Source: Nitrososphaerota archaeon (GTDB lineage Archaea > Thermoproteota > Nitrososphaeria > Conexivisphaerales > UBA164). Taken from it: a DNA stretch of 64,000 nucleotides. This document shows, piece by piece, positions 26,144 through 36,746 of this stretch (positions are counted from its first letter, which is position 1; every line of letters starts with the position of its first letter). The stretch spans positions 2,477 to 66,476 of the forward strand of contig JAMCTX010000002.1 in the NCBI GenBank assembly GCA_023381255.1, written 5' to 3'. Made by a program: the position numbers and the translations under genes. The notes below the pieces were generated by a model. It had not been told where the DNA came from. It saw only the letters and a program-made list of their open reading frames with translations, and searched no databases.

Positions 26144-27114
26144 CCGCCAAGCTTATACATGGACCTTATGTAACTTGGCAAATCGTTCTTTTCAATGTAC
26201 TCTATAACACCTCTAAATTTACCATTTACTGCGCCCTTGATTATCTCCTTTATTTTATCATCATCCAGGCCGCTTTCCAGCGGCTTTTTTAGATCAACTT
26301 CAAAATGAGAATACATGCACGGGACAAGTTTGCCGTCTGCCGTAACCCTCAATCTGTTGCAATCCTGGCAAAATGGCGCAGAAACTGACGGTATTATGCC
26401 TATTTTGCCTGAACCGTTAACATCGTAATAGGTTGACGTGCTATGCAGCTCCCTCAGAGAGTGTGTCAGCCGGTATTTTGCTGAGATTTTATCCAGTATT
26501 TCCTTGGCGCTTACAAATTCAGATGACGCCCACGCCTCCCTGCCATTAAAGGGCTCATACTCAAGGAACCTGACTATTATGCCCCTCTTCAGCCCAAAAT
26601 CCACAAAATCAAGTATTTCGTCATCGTTGAAACCCCTCATTACAGTCATATTTACCTTGAGCGGGACCATTCCAAGGTCAATCGCGGTGTTTATTCCATC
26701 CATTGCAACCTTTAAATTTCCGCCGCCGGTTATTTTCCTGTATTTATTTTCGTTCAATGAATGCACGCTTACGTTTAACCTTGAAAGCCCAGATTTTTGC
26801 AGTTCAGGTAGCCTTCTGGCCAAGTAATATCCGTTTGTTGTCATGCTTATTGCCTTTACATGAGCGTGAACAGCTTCAATAATGGACGGAAGGTCGTTTC
26901 TGGCAAGCGGCTCTCCCCCGGTAAGCTTTACCTCGTCAACGCCCATTGAAGAGAATAATTTTACTAGCCTGTCAATTTCGGGTACTGTAAGCAATTCTTC
27001 CTTTTTAAAAAACTTGGGATTGGCTGGCATGCAAAAAATGCATCTATAGTTGCACTCATCAGTAACAGAAAGCCTCAGCTTTGTCATGGTCCTGCCATAG
27101 GTGTCGTTAAGCAT
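26140..27114 (-). CDS. moaA: GTP 3',8-cyclase MoaA
   Basis: CNYRCIFC; 'LTGGEPL'; 'FCQDCNRLR'; C-terminal GG; start at MLNDTYGR. Confidence 0.95.
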   Translation of the reverse strand: MLNDTYGRTMTKLRLSVTDECNYRCIFCMPANPKFFKKEELLTVPEIDRLVKLFSSMGVDEVKLTGGEPLARNDLPSIIEAVHAHVKAISMTTNGYYLARRLPELQKSGLSRLNVSVHSLNENKYRKITGGGNLKVAMDGINTAIDLGMVPLKVNMTVMRGFNDDEILDFVDFGLKRGIIVRFLEYEPFNGREAWASSEFVSAKEILDKISAKYRLTHSLRELHSTSTYYDVNGSGKIGIIPSVSAPFCQDCNRLRVTADGKLVPCMYSHFEVDLKKPLESGLDDDKIKEIIKGAVNGKFRGVIEYIEKNDLPSYIRSMYKLGG

Positions 27115-27256
27115 TAAATGCAGTATAAAATAGCCCTTAATTAATCCTTTTTGATTAATTTTTAGGATAATTTTATTGATTTTAAATGATTGAAAGCAAA
27201 TGTTTTCATTCAAAGCACGGAAAATTTTTTAAATCAGCCGCATTTCTCTTAGCTGA

Positions 27257-28072
27257 TTGAAATCACCAGTAGTGGTAAAGGTTGGAACCTCTGTCCTATC
27301 GATTGACGGCAATTTAGATAAAGCCGCCATAGATTCCATAGCCAGGCAGGCAAGCCTGTCAATCAGTGAAACAGGGTTGCCAATTGTCATTGTAACTTCA
27401 GGTGCTATACTTGCCGGAATTTCGCTCCTTGGCTGGAATGCTAAACCCAGGGACCTTGACCTTACGCAGAAACAGGTTTCAGCAGCCGTTGGCCAGCCAA
27501 TTTTGATAAAAATGTACATAGACAGTTTTGGGGCTAACGGGCTTACCGTGGCCCAGATCCTGATTACGGAAGAAGATTTGATGATAAAGAACTGTTACAA
27601 CAATTTTTTACACACAATCGAGTCACTTCTAAGGCTGAATATAATCCCGATAATAAACGAAAATGACGCGGTGTCAGTGAAGGAACTTCTTAATTTAAAT
27701 AATATAAAAAACGAGGTTCAGTTTGGGGACAACGACAGGCTCTCAGCCATTATAGCAAAGGGGATAGGAGCCAAAAAGCTGGTTCTCCTGACAGATGTTG
27801 ACGGCGTATACATGATTGACGGCAAGGAAAAGAAAACTTTGGATATTATAGAGCCAAATGATAAAAAAATATATGATGAAGTGGAGGGTATGAGCGAATT
27901 CGGGAGGGGCGGGATAAAATCCAAACTGGATGCCGCTTTTATTGCTTCGTCAGCAGGCATTGAAACCTATATAGTAAATGGTAAAAAAGAAGGCTCAATG
28001 CTCAGAGCGATAAAAGGAGAAAAAGTGGGAACAAAAATAGTCGGTAAAAAACAAGAGTTTATTAATAAATGA
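27257..28072 (+). CDS. proB: Glutamate 5-kinase (no PUA domain)
   Basis: 'VVKVGTS', 'VTSGAI', 'AAVGQ', 'INENDAV', 'GDNDRLS'. Confidence 0.92.
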   Translation: MKSPVVVKVGTSVLSIDGNLDKAAIDSIARQASLSISETGLPIVIVTSGAILAGISLLGWNAKPRDLDLTQKQVSAAVGQPILIKMYIDSFGANGLTVAQILITEEDLMIKNCYNNFLHTIESLLRLNIIPIINENDAVSVKELLNLNNIKNEVQFGDNDRLSAIIAKGIGAKKLVLLTDVDGVYMIDGKEKKTLDIIEPNDKKIYDEVEGMSEFGRGGIKSKLDAAFIASSAGIETYIVNGKKEGSMLRAIKGEKVGTKIVGKKQEFINK

Positions 28073-28088
28073 AGGTTAAATTACATGC

Positions 28089-29600
28089 ATGCAACTTATA
28101 GCACAAATACTTGATATCGAAGCCAATAAGAAATCTGCCATAATAAATGAGCTTGACGCTGAAAAATTCGGCTTGGCTCTGAATGACAGGCTGCGCATTT
28201 CTTCTCAGAAGGGCAGTATAACCTGTATCGTAGAATTGTCTTCATCCCTTGTTAAACCGGGCACAATAGCCCTTTATAAAAATGTTGCGAAGTCAATTTT
28301 AGCGGATAACGGCGAAAGATTGGAAGTGAATTACGAACCCACACCACAGTCGGTGGAATTTATAAGGAAAAAAATGAATGGTGGAAAGCTCAGCGAGGGA
28401 GAAATTAAAAGCATCATAAGCGACCTTGTCAAGATGGAACTTAGTGACCTGGATATCTCGGCTTTTTTGCTGGCCTCCAATTATGTCGGGTTAGATCAGG
28501 AAGAAATAAAAAATATTACCGTATCAATGGCTGAAACAGGGCAAAAGCTGAATTTGGGGGGTTTCACAGTGGACAAGCATTCTATCGGAGGGGTACCCGG
28601 CAATAAAGTGTCACTGCTGATAGTTCCCACTGTAGCTCTGACAGAGCTTTTAATACCAAAAACAAGCAGCAGGGCAATAACCAGCCCTTCAGGCACCGCT
28701 GATACAATGTCAGTGCTGGCTAACGTAAAGTTTGGGTTAAATGAGATAAAATCCATTGTTGAAAAGGTTCACGGATGTATTGTTTGGGGAGGAGCGCTCA
28801 ACATTGCGCCGGCGGATGACTTGCTTATAAGGATTGAAAATCCTCTGAGGATTGATCCAAGGGGGCTAATGATAGCAAGCATTTTGTCAAAAAAGCTGGC
28901 AGTTGGTGCTAAAGTGGTAGCACTTGACATTCCGGTGGGAAGGGGGGCAAAAATCAGCGGTTCAGCTGAGGGGGAAAGGCTTGCTAAAGAATTTATAGAG
29001 ATAGGGAAGGCCTTGGGAATTAATATAAGAGCCGGGATAACGTATGGCGGCCAACCTGTTGGAAAAGCTATTGGGCCGGCGCTTGAGGCCAGGGAAGCAC
29101 TTTCAGCGCTGATAGACCCTGGTTCGGCAAGCATGAGCCTGCTTTCCAAAGCATCTTCTTTGGCGGGGATTCTGCTGGAAACAGCCGGGTTGGCGCCAAA
29201 CAATACAGGATACGATATCTCCATGGGTAACATATTAAACGGCAAGTCGTACAATAAAATGAAGCAAATAATAGCGGAACAGGGTGGTAACCCGGAAGTA
29301 AAGCCTGATCAAATACCCGTGGGTAATTATAAGCATGAATTTAAGGCTGACAGCGACGGCTATATCACTCTGGTGGATAATGAATCGATAGTGAGGATTG
29401 CCAAAGCTGCAGGAGCTCCAGTTGACAGCGGTTCGGGGATTATTTTACATCAAAAGCAGGGTTATAAAGTCAAGAAGGGAGACATTTTATTTGAGATATA
29501 TTCAGACAAGAGCTCAAAGCTCTCTGAGGCAGTCAACATAGCAAATTATGACCCGCCCATTATAATAGAGGGGATGCTGCTGAAGGTTTACCCGTCATGA
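28089..29600 (+). CDS. deoA: AMP phosphorylase
   Basis: 'DKHSIGGVPGN', 'PKTSSRAITSPSGTAD', 'GPALEAREAL'; N-terminal extension. Confidence 0.92.
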   Translation: MQLIAQILDIEANKKSAIINELDAEKFGLALNDRLRISSQKGSITCIVELSSSLVKPGTIALYKNVAKSILADNGERLEVNYEPTPQSVEFIRKKMNGGKLSEGEIKSIISDLVKMELSDLDISAFLLASNYVGLDQEEIKNITVSMAETGQKLNLGGFTVDKHSIGGVPGNKVSLLIVPTVALTELLIPKTSSRAITSPSGTADTMSVLANVKFGLNEIKSIVEKVHGCIVWGGALNIAPADDLLIRIENPLRIDPRGLMIASILSKKLAVGAKVVALDIPVGRGAKISGSAEGERLAKEFIEIGKALGINIRAGITYGGQPVGKAIGPALEAREALSALIDPGSASMSLLSKASSLAGILLETAGLAPNNTGYDISMGNILNGKSYNKMKQIIAEQGGNPEVKPDQIPVGNYKHEFKADSDGYITLVDNESIVRIAKAAGAPVDSGSGIILHQKQGYKVKKGDILFEIYSDKSSKLSEAVNIANYDPPIIIEGMLLKVYPS

Positions 29601-29704
29601 ATATGCAGGATGCAGGACAAAAATCGATTTTTTTGGAGTATCGCAGTTACAGTGCAACAAGCCAGCTGGAAAAAGTAAATTAACTCATCTTTTTAATACT
29701 GGCC

Positions 29705-30247
29705 ATGGATGGCAACAAAGCGCCTAAATTAATAGAAAGAGAAGAAATCTATAAGGCAAGAACTTTCAAACTCTTTAAGGAGATATACCGCGGCGAAAAC
29801 GGTGATGTTCTTATTGAAGCTGTGCGGCACAGGGGTGCCGTGGCAATACTTCCGCTTCTGCTTGATGGTAAAATTATCCTCGAAAGGCAATACAGGTACA
29901 CCATTGCAAAATGGATAATAGAGGCTCCGGCCGGAACTTTGGAAGAGGGGGAAAGCGATGAAACCTGTGCATCAAGGGAGCTCATGGAAGAAACCGGTTT
30001 CAGGGCAAAAAAGCTAATAAAAGTGGGGTCAATAGTAATGACACCTGGATACGACGACGAAATGATAAGGCTGTTTGTGGCGTTTGTAGATGATAAGCCC
30101 GAATCAACCAATCTTGACGAAGATGAATTGATTAGCATTGTTCCATTTAGTGCTCAGCAAATAACTGACATGATAAAAAAAGGAGAAATATTTGACGCAA
30201 AAACAATAGCTTTATTTTTTATGTCCAGAGAACTAGGTGTTTTCTAG
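29705..30247 (+). CDS. NUDIX hydrolase (ADP-ribose pyrophosphatase-like)
   Basis: 'EAPAGTLEEGE...ASRELMEETG'. Confidence 0.9.
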   Translation: MDGNKAPKLIEREEIYKARTFKLFKEIYRGENGDVLIEAVRHRGAVAILPLLLDGKIILERQYRYTIAKWIIEAPAGTLEEGESDETCASRELMEETGFRAKKLIKVGSIVMTPGYDDEMIRLFVAFVDDKPESTNLDEDELISIVPFSAQQITDMIKKGEIFDAKTIALFFMSRELGVF

Positions 30248-30981
30248 ATTTCCACTTCTAGTTTTTCGGTTGGTTTTAGCGGATATGTTTTCTTAAGCAC
30301 TTCCTCTGATACCGGCCTTTCTCCGAAGAGGTTTCTTTCCTTTAACTTTGGTTTAACTACATTGTTCCATGTTTCCCTGTCGATGTAATACACCCTTGAC
30401 CCTCCGAGTTCATGCTGCACCTGTGGCCATGGCTTGGTTGTATGAACATACCTGAACCCCATTCTGAAACCGAACGGGCTTTCAAAGGTGGCCCACCATT
30501 CATTGACTCCCACAAAGTCAAAGGCGTGCTCTATTTTTGACGCATAAGCCATTATCCCCAAATTGGATTTCCTCTTGAATGTGATTGTGTGCAGGCTTAT
30601 TGCAACATTATCATCCCAGAACCTGTGGTTCACTATTGACTGCCGTTCGCCGTCAGGAGAAGTAACTACAATGACATATGAGTCTTTAATCCTGTTTTGA
30701 GCCCAGGCCAATATTTCGGAATACGTTCTGACTCCTACAAGATGATAGAAGTCCCTGTCATATTTGTGATCAATCAGCTGTTTTAGGGTCTGCAGCATTG
30801 CTTCAGCTTCTTCTTTCTTTGCTTCCCTTATTATAACTTCGTCTCCGTCCTTGGTTTTCCATAGCTTTGGCACGTACGGCGTTTGAAATTTTGGGTTTAC
30901 TGGACCGCTAAGAAAATCTTCAATATCCTCTATCGAAAACTTTAGATCAGTTACAGAAATCGGAACCTGTGGTTTTCCCAT
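30244..30981 (-). CDS. GNAT-like protein
   Basis: 'KDGDEVIIREAKKEEAEAM' typical GNAT N-terminus. Confidence 0.45.
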   Translation of the reverse strand: MGKPQVPISVTDLKFSIEDIEDFLSGPVNPKFQTPYVPKLWKTKDGDEVIIREAKKEEAEAMLQTLKQLIDHKYDRDFYHLVGVRTYSEILAWAQNRIKDSYVIVVTSPDGERQSIVNHRFWDDNVAISLHTITFKRKSNLGIMAYASKIEHAFDFVGVNEWWATFESPFGFRMGFRYVHTTKPWPQVQHELGGSRVYYIDRETWNNVVKPKLKERNLFGERPVSEEVLKKTYPLKPTEKLEVEI

Positions 30982-31046
30982 TGCGCTTTATATTCTTGTT
31001 TTTAATTTAATAAACTTTTATTTTGACAAGTGCCTGCTAAATCATG

Positions 31047-31121
31047 CGGGCCCGGCGGGATTCGAACCCGCGACCTCCGGCTTCGCAGGCCAGCGCTCTA
31101 TCCATGCTGAGCTACGGGCCC
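31047..31121 (-). tRNA. tRNA-Arg(GCG)
   Basis: GGGCCCGTAGCTCAG...CTGGC-CTGCGAA-GCCGG...GGTTCGAATCC. Confidence 0.95.
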
Positions 31122-31130
31122 CCTATAAGC

Positions 31131-32429
31131 TCAACTCATTGAGCCCAGAACATATATATTGGGCTTGCCGTAGAGCACGCCCCTTGCGTCAAACACTATT
31201 GGCGAGTTGCCTGTCATTTTGGAAATTTTTTCGTAATCAAGATTCTTGTACAATGAATGGTCTGTGACAATTATTACGCCGTCGGCGCCTGCTAGGGCTT
31301 CATTTATGTTATCTGTAAGGTAGATGTTGGCGCCTGTGGATTTTACAAACGGGTCATGCACTTTTACATTGACCTGCAGGCTTTTCAGTCTCTTAACGAT
31401 TTCGTATGTTGGTGAAAGCCTGTCGTCATCAACGTCCCCCCTGAATGCAAGCCCCAGAATAGACGCTGTCTTCAGACTTTTTTTGCTTGTTATAAAAAGC
31501 TCTATAAACTCACTTACCACTACGGTGGGCATCCTTTCGTTCATTTTTCTGCTTACTTCTGTCAATCTTAGTTGGGAGCCAACGGTGCCCGCTGAATAAA
31601 TAAGAAAGTACGGGTATACTGGTATGCAGTTGCCCCCAACCCCGGCACCAGGCTTGTGTATATTGCAGTATGGCTGAGAGTTTGCGGCATTCCTGACTTC
31701 CCAGAAATCGATTTTCATTTTACCGCACAGCAATGCCAGTTCGTTAGCCAGTGCTATATTTACATCCCTGTATATTCCTTCAGCCAGCTTTTCCATTTCA
31801 GCCGCCTCTATTGACGACATTTTCACTACTCCCTTCTTGGCTATTTTTCCGTAAAATTCAGACACAACTTTCAGGCTCCTTTCTCCGGATCCAGATATGA
31901 TTTTTGGGTAGTTTTCTTCTATATCCTTTATAGCCCTTCCTTCATAAATTCTTTCAGGGCTGTATGATACATAGAAATCTTTTTCCACCTTCATTTTGAG
32001 GCTCTTCTCAATGGCTGCTATCACCTGCCTCCTTGTGGTGCCTGGAGGCACGCTGGATTCAAGCACTACCAGGTCGCCTTCCTTTATACCCGAGCTTATT
32101 GCCCCCACGGCCGACTTTAGCGCGCTGAAATCTGGTATTTTATCCATCAAAAATACCGGAACCGTTATTATCTTAAACCTGGAATCGCTTGAAGCGCCCT
32201 TGCCGTCAACTGTAAACCTGGCGCTCCCATTTTTTAACGCCCGGGCAAAGGTTTGATCCACTTCCGGTTCATTGGGCAAGATTGGAACGCCTTCATTTAT
32301 CATTTTTATTTTCTCCGGGTCAACATCGACGCCTATGACGTTGTATCCTGCTCTGATTAGAGCGGCAGCAAGGGGACCCCCCACCTTCCCTATTCCAAAT
32401 ACGGCCGCCGTATTTTCTCGCATATCCAT
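31131..32429 (-). CDS. Nucleotide-sugar dehydrogenase (UDP-ManNAc/UDP-Glc dehydrogenase family)
   Basis: 'GIGKVG', 'ESSVPPGTT', 'SPER', 'GVGGNCIP'. Confidence 0.9.
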   Translation of the reverse strand: MDMRENTAAVFGIGKVGGPLAAALIRAGYNVIGVDVDPEKIKMINEGVPILPNEPEVDQTFARALKNGSARFTVDGKGASSDSRFKIITVPVFLMDKIPDFSALKSAVGAISSGIKEGDLVVLESSVPPGTTRRQVIAAIEKSLKMKVEKDFYVSYSPERIYEGRAIKDIEENYPKIISGSGERSLKVVSEFYGKIAKKGVVKMSSIEAAEMEKLAEGIYRDVNIALANELALLCGKMKIDFWEVRNAANSQPYCNIHKPGAGVGGNCIPVYPYFLIYSAGTVGSQLRLTEVSRKMNERMPTVVVSEFIELFITSKKSLKTASILGLAFRGDVDDDRLSPTYEIVKRLKSLQVNVKVHDPFVKSTGANIYLTDNINEALAGADGVIIVTDHSLYKNLDYEKISKMTGNSPIVFDARGVLYGKPNIYVLGSMS

Positions 32430-32481
32430 CTAAATTATTGATTAAATTTAAATGTATCTTAATGCTAATGTGTGGTGGTAT

Positions 32482-32793
32482 ATGAAATATAAGCTTGTAG
32501 ATATACTGGCATGCCCTGAATGCAAAAATTATCCCCTTGAATTGCATGTGAAAGAAGTCACAGGGCCTTCCAATAAAGGCGGGTCCAGCGCAAAACCTGA
32601 ATGCGAGCTGTTTTGCAGTTACCTGAATAAGGAAGTTAAAAGCCTGTCAAACGCCCCCTGCGATGAATGCAATTCTGTAAAAATAAAAGAAGGCTATTTT
32701 GTATGCAGTAAATGCAACAGGTGGTATCCCATTGTAGATGATATACCCGAACTGCTGCCGGACTACATGAGGGAAACAAAGCGGAATCTGTAA
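32482..32793 (+). CDS. trm112: Trm112 family methyltransferase activator
   Basis: 'LVDILACPECK', 'CSKCNRWYPIVDDIPELL'. Confidence 0.88.
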   Translation: MKYKLVDILACPECKNYPLELHVKEVTGPSNKGGSSAKPECELFCSYLNKEVKSLSNAPCDECNSVKIKEGYFVCSKCNRWYPIVDDIPELLPDYMRETKRNL

Positions 32794-32829
32794 TAGCAAG
32801 TTCTCTTGGAATAAGAGTTAAAGGGCCAT

Positions 32830-33591
32830 TCATTGAACGCTGAATTTCACGCCGTTCTGCTTTAACCATGTTTCTATTTCATTATATTCAGCATCAATCG
32901 CGTTATCGCTGAACTGGGTTTTCAGCTCTATTTTTACACGCGAGATCCCGCTTTCAGAAGCTGGATGAGTTTTAATGTACACCTGAGGGTATTTGTCGGC
33001 CATTTTAGCGACCAGCGGCGCAAGTTCCGCTTCATATATATTTTCAGTCAAAATCACGATTTCCTTTGATTTGTTGCTCCCAAACATGGGTTCCACGTAT
33101 CTGGTAAACATGTCCTGCATCTCGGCAGGCACGCCTGGCATTATTACGATTTTTGTGTGCCCCCTTTCAATAAGTGCGCCTGGCGCGGAACCGGCATAGT
33201 TAAACAGTGGCGTGCTTCCTTCGGGAAGCGTTGCCATTTTTTCATATGCCAGCCTTACATTTTCGCTTTCAGGCGTTCTTCTCCCTGTCATGAATTTCAC
33301 TGCTTGATCATTTAATTTCATTTTTAACCCAAGTGCGTGCGCTACCGAGCCCATGGTAATGTCATCATACGTTGGACCGAGCCCGCCGGTTGTCAAGATC
33401 AGGTCTGGGCCTTCCCCGACTGAAGCTGCAATTGCTTCCGCGATGTCACTCTTTATATCTCTTATAATAGTTGCCCGTTTCAGGTAACCGCCAAGGTCAA
33501 AAATTCTTGCGCCAAGCCAGAACAGATTCTGGTTGACAGTTCTCCCTATAAGAAGCTCGTTGCCCACGTTTATTATTTCTACTTTCAGCAT
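32830..33591 (-). CDS. CinA-like molybdopterin-binding-domain protein
   Basis: 'VGNELLIG', 'TGGLGPTYDDIT', 'MPGVPAEM'. Confidence 0.88.
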   Translation of the reverse strand: MLKVEIINVGNELLIGRTVNQNLFWLGARIFDLGGYLKRATIIRDIKSDIAEAIAASVGEGPDLILTTGGLGPTYDDITMGSVAHALGLKMKLNDQAVKFMTGRRTPESENVRLAYEKMATLPEGSTPLFNYAGSAPGALIERGHTKIVIMPGVPAEMQDMFTRYVEPMFGSNKSKEIVILTENIYEAELAPLVAKMADKYPQVYIKTHPASESGISRVKIELKTQFSDNAIDAEYNEIETWLKQNGVKFSVQ

Positions 33592-33644
33592 ACAGTTATC
33601 AAAAAACACATTAATAAATAAATAAATCTAAAAAAATCAAATAT

Positions 33645-34670
33645 TTAATGCGCATTTCCAGCCAGAAGTGCAAGCACTGATGCCCTTGTGTAAAGAAGGT
33701 TCTCTGCCTGATCCAGTATCACGCTGTGGGATCCATCCATCACGTCGTCGTCAGCTTCCTGCCCCCTAAAAACTGGTAGAACGTGCGTAACAATTGCATT
33801 CTTATCCATTACGTCTACTAGTTGTTTCGTCAGCTTCCAGTCGGTGTACTTTTTATGCAGTTCAACTTCCTTGTCCTTCCCGAATCTGTTCATGCCAGTT
33901 GTAACACAGGCATGGCTTGCCCAGCTTCTTGGAAATACCACTTGGGCTCCTTCCAGCGCGGACTTCAAATCGTGTGATATCTCAACCTTGGCACCTGTAT
34001 TTGAAGCGTTCTGCTTGGCCGTTTCAACCATTTTTTCGTCAATGTCGAATCCGGGCGGATATGCAAGCGTGACGTCCATCCCAAATTTGGATGCGATAAG
34101 CATTTCATCCTGAACGCTTCCCCAGCTTCTTACGTGATCGCTGTACGCCCACATTATAACGTATTTTTTCTTTTCGTATTTTCCGTACAGCTTTTCGTCC
34201 ACAGTCATCATGTCTGCAATTGCCTGTGTTGGATGATACATGTCGTCCGCCATGTTAATTACCGGAATCTTTGAGTGCTGTGCGTACTCCCTGATAACTG
34301 AATTGCCGGCGCCGTAAACGTAGTCAACCGCATCTTCCAGTATCCTTACACCGAGTGCCTGTCCTAATCTTTCATACATGTGGGCTATATCAGCCCTGCT
34401 TTCTCCCTCAGAGCCCCTTGTAGTTTTGAAATCAATAAACTGCGCGTGGCCCCCTAGCATTGTTGCTGCTGCTTCGAAACTTGACCTTGTGCGTGTGCTT
34501 GTATTGTAGAACAGCATGAAAAATGTTTTGTTCTTGAAAAGCTCAGGAACGTTCCCCGAATAGTATCCCCTCTTGATATCTTTGGCTGTGTCTATCGCAA
34601 ACTGCAGTTCTTCTCTACTCCATTCTTGTGTTGAAATCAGATCTTTTCCATGTAAGTCATAAATTGACAT
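33645..34670 (-). CDS. Ornithine/N-acylornithine carbamoyltransferase family protein
   Basis: 'STRTRSSF', 'HPTQ', 'HVLP', 'DQAEN'. Confidence 0.85.
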   Translation of the reverse strand: MSIYDLHGKDLISTQEWSREELQFAIDTAKDIKRGYYSGNVPELFKNKTFFMLFYNTSTRTRSSFEAAATMLGGHAQFIDFKTTRGSEGESRADIAHMYERLGQALGVRILEDAVDYVYGAGNSVIREYAQHSKIPVINMADDMYHPTQAIADMMTVDEKLYGKYEKKKYVIMWAYSDHVRSWGSVQDEMLIASKFGMDVTLAYPPGFDIDEKMVETAKQNASNTGAKVEISHDLKSALEGAQVVFPRSWASHACVTTGMNRFGKDKEVELHKKYTDWKLTKQLVDVMDKNAIVTHVLPVFRGQEADDDVMDGSHSVILDQAENLLYTRASVLALLAGNAH

Positions 34671-34874
34671 TCTTGATCGCTATGGCTTCGGCAGTGTGCC
34701 TTTTAACATTTTTGATGGAATGCTAATGAATGCAACGGCCTTCACAAAGTTAAACTGCACTGATTGCGAAAGGGATTACGGAAATCGTAGAACTCTTCCA
34801 CTGAAGAAAATGGTTAGCAAGTAGCCAGAAAAAGGTTCAGCAGACGGCTTGCAGGGCCCATATTTGCGCGCCGT

Positions 34875-35612
34875 TCATTCTTTCTTGTCTTCGCCGCCCT
34901 TGAAAATCCTTGATATTTCAGCCTTTAATTCCAACATTCCGCTGCCAGTGGCTGCTGATGTAAAAAACGCCGGAGATAATAAACCGCTGGACCTGGCAAC
35001 CCTGTACACCTTGGAAAGCGCCTGGGCGTTTTTGCCCAGATCGTCGGTTGGCAGCTCTGGTTTTAGAAACCATTCCTTTACCCTTTTTGCAGTGGCTTCA
35101 TCAAGGTCAATTTTATTGATAACCTGCAATGCTGGGCTGTTGTACTTGGAAGACATTGCGGAAAATAAAATTTGCATCATCAAAAAATTGCTAATTTCTG
35201 ACAAAAGAAAAATGTCAGACACAAACATCAGGGCTTTATTTTCACCGCCTATTCTCTGGAACAGGTATTGACCGCTCTGCCTGAACATAAACAGTTCAAG
35301 CTGCCCGGCTGTATCCACGATCAGGTAGTCGGCATCTTCAACCTCGCTTAACACCCCATCTATTATTGTCGCAAGCATATCCATTGAAAATACCATGGCG
35401 CCGTTGGCCCCCAGCCCGTATTTTCGTGATAGGTCATTGTAATCAATGTAATTTCTTACATCGACAGTAGGTTCATACGTTAAATTGTCAGAAAACGGAT
35501 CCAGGTTAAGCGTGGCTGAGCTCCAGCCATCATCACTAAGTGATTTGCTGATTGCGCTTGTCATCATGGATTTGCCAGATCCGGCTGTCCCCACAATAAA
35601 AATGACGTCCAT
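34875..35612 (-). CDS. GPN-loop GTPase
   Basis: 'GTAGSGKS', 'NLDP', 'YGLGANG', 'DTAGQLELF', 'NKID'. Confidence 0.88.
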   Translation of the reverse strand: MDVIFIVGTAGSGKSMMTSAISKSLSDDGWSSATLNLDPFSDNLTYEPTVDVRNYIDYNDLSRKYGLGANGAMVFSMDMLATIIDGVLSEVEDADYLIVDTAGQLELFMFRQSGQYLFQRIGGENKALMFVSDIFLLSEISNFLMMQILFSAMSSKYNSPALQVINKIDLDEATAKRVKEWFLKPELPTDDLGKNAQALSKVYRVARSSGLLSPAFFTSAATGSGMLELKAEISRIFKGGEDKKE

Positions 35613-35618
35613 GCAAAT

Positions 35619-36746
35619 TTATTTTCGAACCACGTTAAAAACACTGCCTTTGGCAAACTCAATTAAGAATACAATCAGGTTCAATGAAAGAAAAAACACG
35701 GCAAATGCTGAAATACCGGCTATATAATTGAGCTGGCTAATCAGTATTCCGCCTATGACGGATGAAAGGATTTCACTGGCTCCTGAAGACGCATTGTAAA
35801 CAAGGTAGCCCATGAGCTTGTCATTTGAATTCTTGAGAAAGCCGTACAGCAGTAGAGGGGAAAAAATGCCATGAGCCAAACCCAGAATGAACATTGAAAC
35901 AAAGAAAATCAGCGGTTGCCTGAAAATCACGCCAGTAAAAATTGAAATTCCATAAAGCACGACAGAAAATTTCTGAACCCTGCTGCCCGGCATTTCATGC
36001 AACTTATACACCACCATCCTGATAATCGCGGAAGTCAGGACTGAAATTAAGAACGCAATTGACACCATTATGAGTGAGAAATTTAGAAATTTGTATGCGT
36101 ACACCCCCAAAAATGAGACGGCAAAAGGCCATGCCATTGAGCCAGAAACGGAATTAATTATATTTTCCATAATATCCTTGGAAGATAGCAGCTTTTTAAC
36201 TCCTGAAATGCTCCATTCGCCAGAAGAGCTGGCTTTTTTAAATGGATAAAACACGGCTGTCAGTAAAATTAACACAAGCACGATCAGCGATAACGCAATA
36301 AAATTTTTTATATCAAAAAACAAAAGTTGCGCCAGCATTGCTACTGTGAGTCCGAAAGCCAGTCCGGCGCTGTATATTGAAACCCCCCTGTGCCCGGAAC
36401 CTTCAACGTAGGAACTGGATCCGCTACCTGCGCTGAAGGCAGAAACCATCATAAAAATTATGTAAATTGAAAGGAGCAGCAATATCTTTATGTCAGAGGC
36501 CAGCAAAACTGCCATGATTATAGTAATAAAAAATGAGATGGTGACAATCAGCCTGTTACCTAGGAGCTTGGAGTAAAGCGCGCCCAGCAACCCGAAGATC
36601 CAGAGGACCAGTATGAAATACCAGTATGACCTTGCAGAAGCCATGTCAAAGTAAATCAGGATCAGGGGCAACGTTGCCTGGAAGAAAAAGCTTATAATCC
36701 TTAAAGAAAAAGCTGAAACAAAAAGTTTCAGATTATATTTTATCAT
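35619..36746 (-). CDS. MFS-like transporter
   Basis: About 12 hydrophobic helices. Confidence 0.7.
   Translation of the reverse strand: MIKYNLKLFVSAFSLRIISFFFQATLPLILIYFDMASARSYWYFILVLWIFGLLGALYSKLLGNRLIVTISFFITIIMAVLLASDIKILLLLSIYIIFMMVSAFSAGSGSSSYVEGSGHRGVSIYSAGLAFGLTVAMLAQLLFFDIKNFIALSLIVLVLILLTAVFYPFKKASSSGEWSISGVKKLLSSKDIMENIINSVSGSMAWPFAVSFLGVYAYKFLNFSLIMVSIAFLISVLTSAIIRMVVYKLHEMPGSRVQKFSVVLYGISIFTGVIFRQPLIFFVSMFILGLAHGIFSPLLLYGFLKNSNDKLMGYLVYNASSGASEILSSVIGGILISQLNYIAGISAFAVFFLSLNLIVFLIEFAKGSVFNVVRK

Noticed and set aside
34671-34874. Possible box C/D sRNA in the intergenic gap
   Set aside because: CTGA motifs are present, but there is no good RTGATGA box or terminal stem
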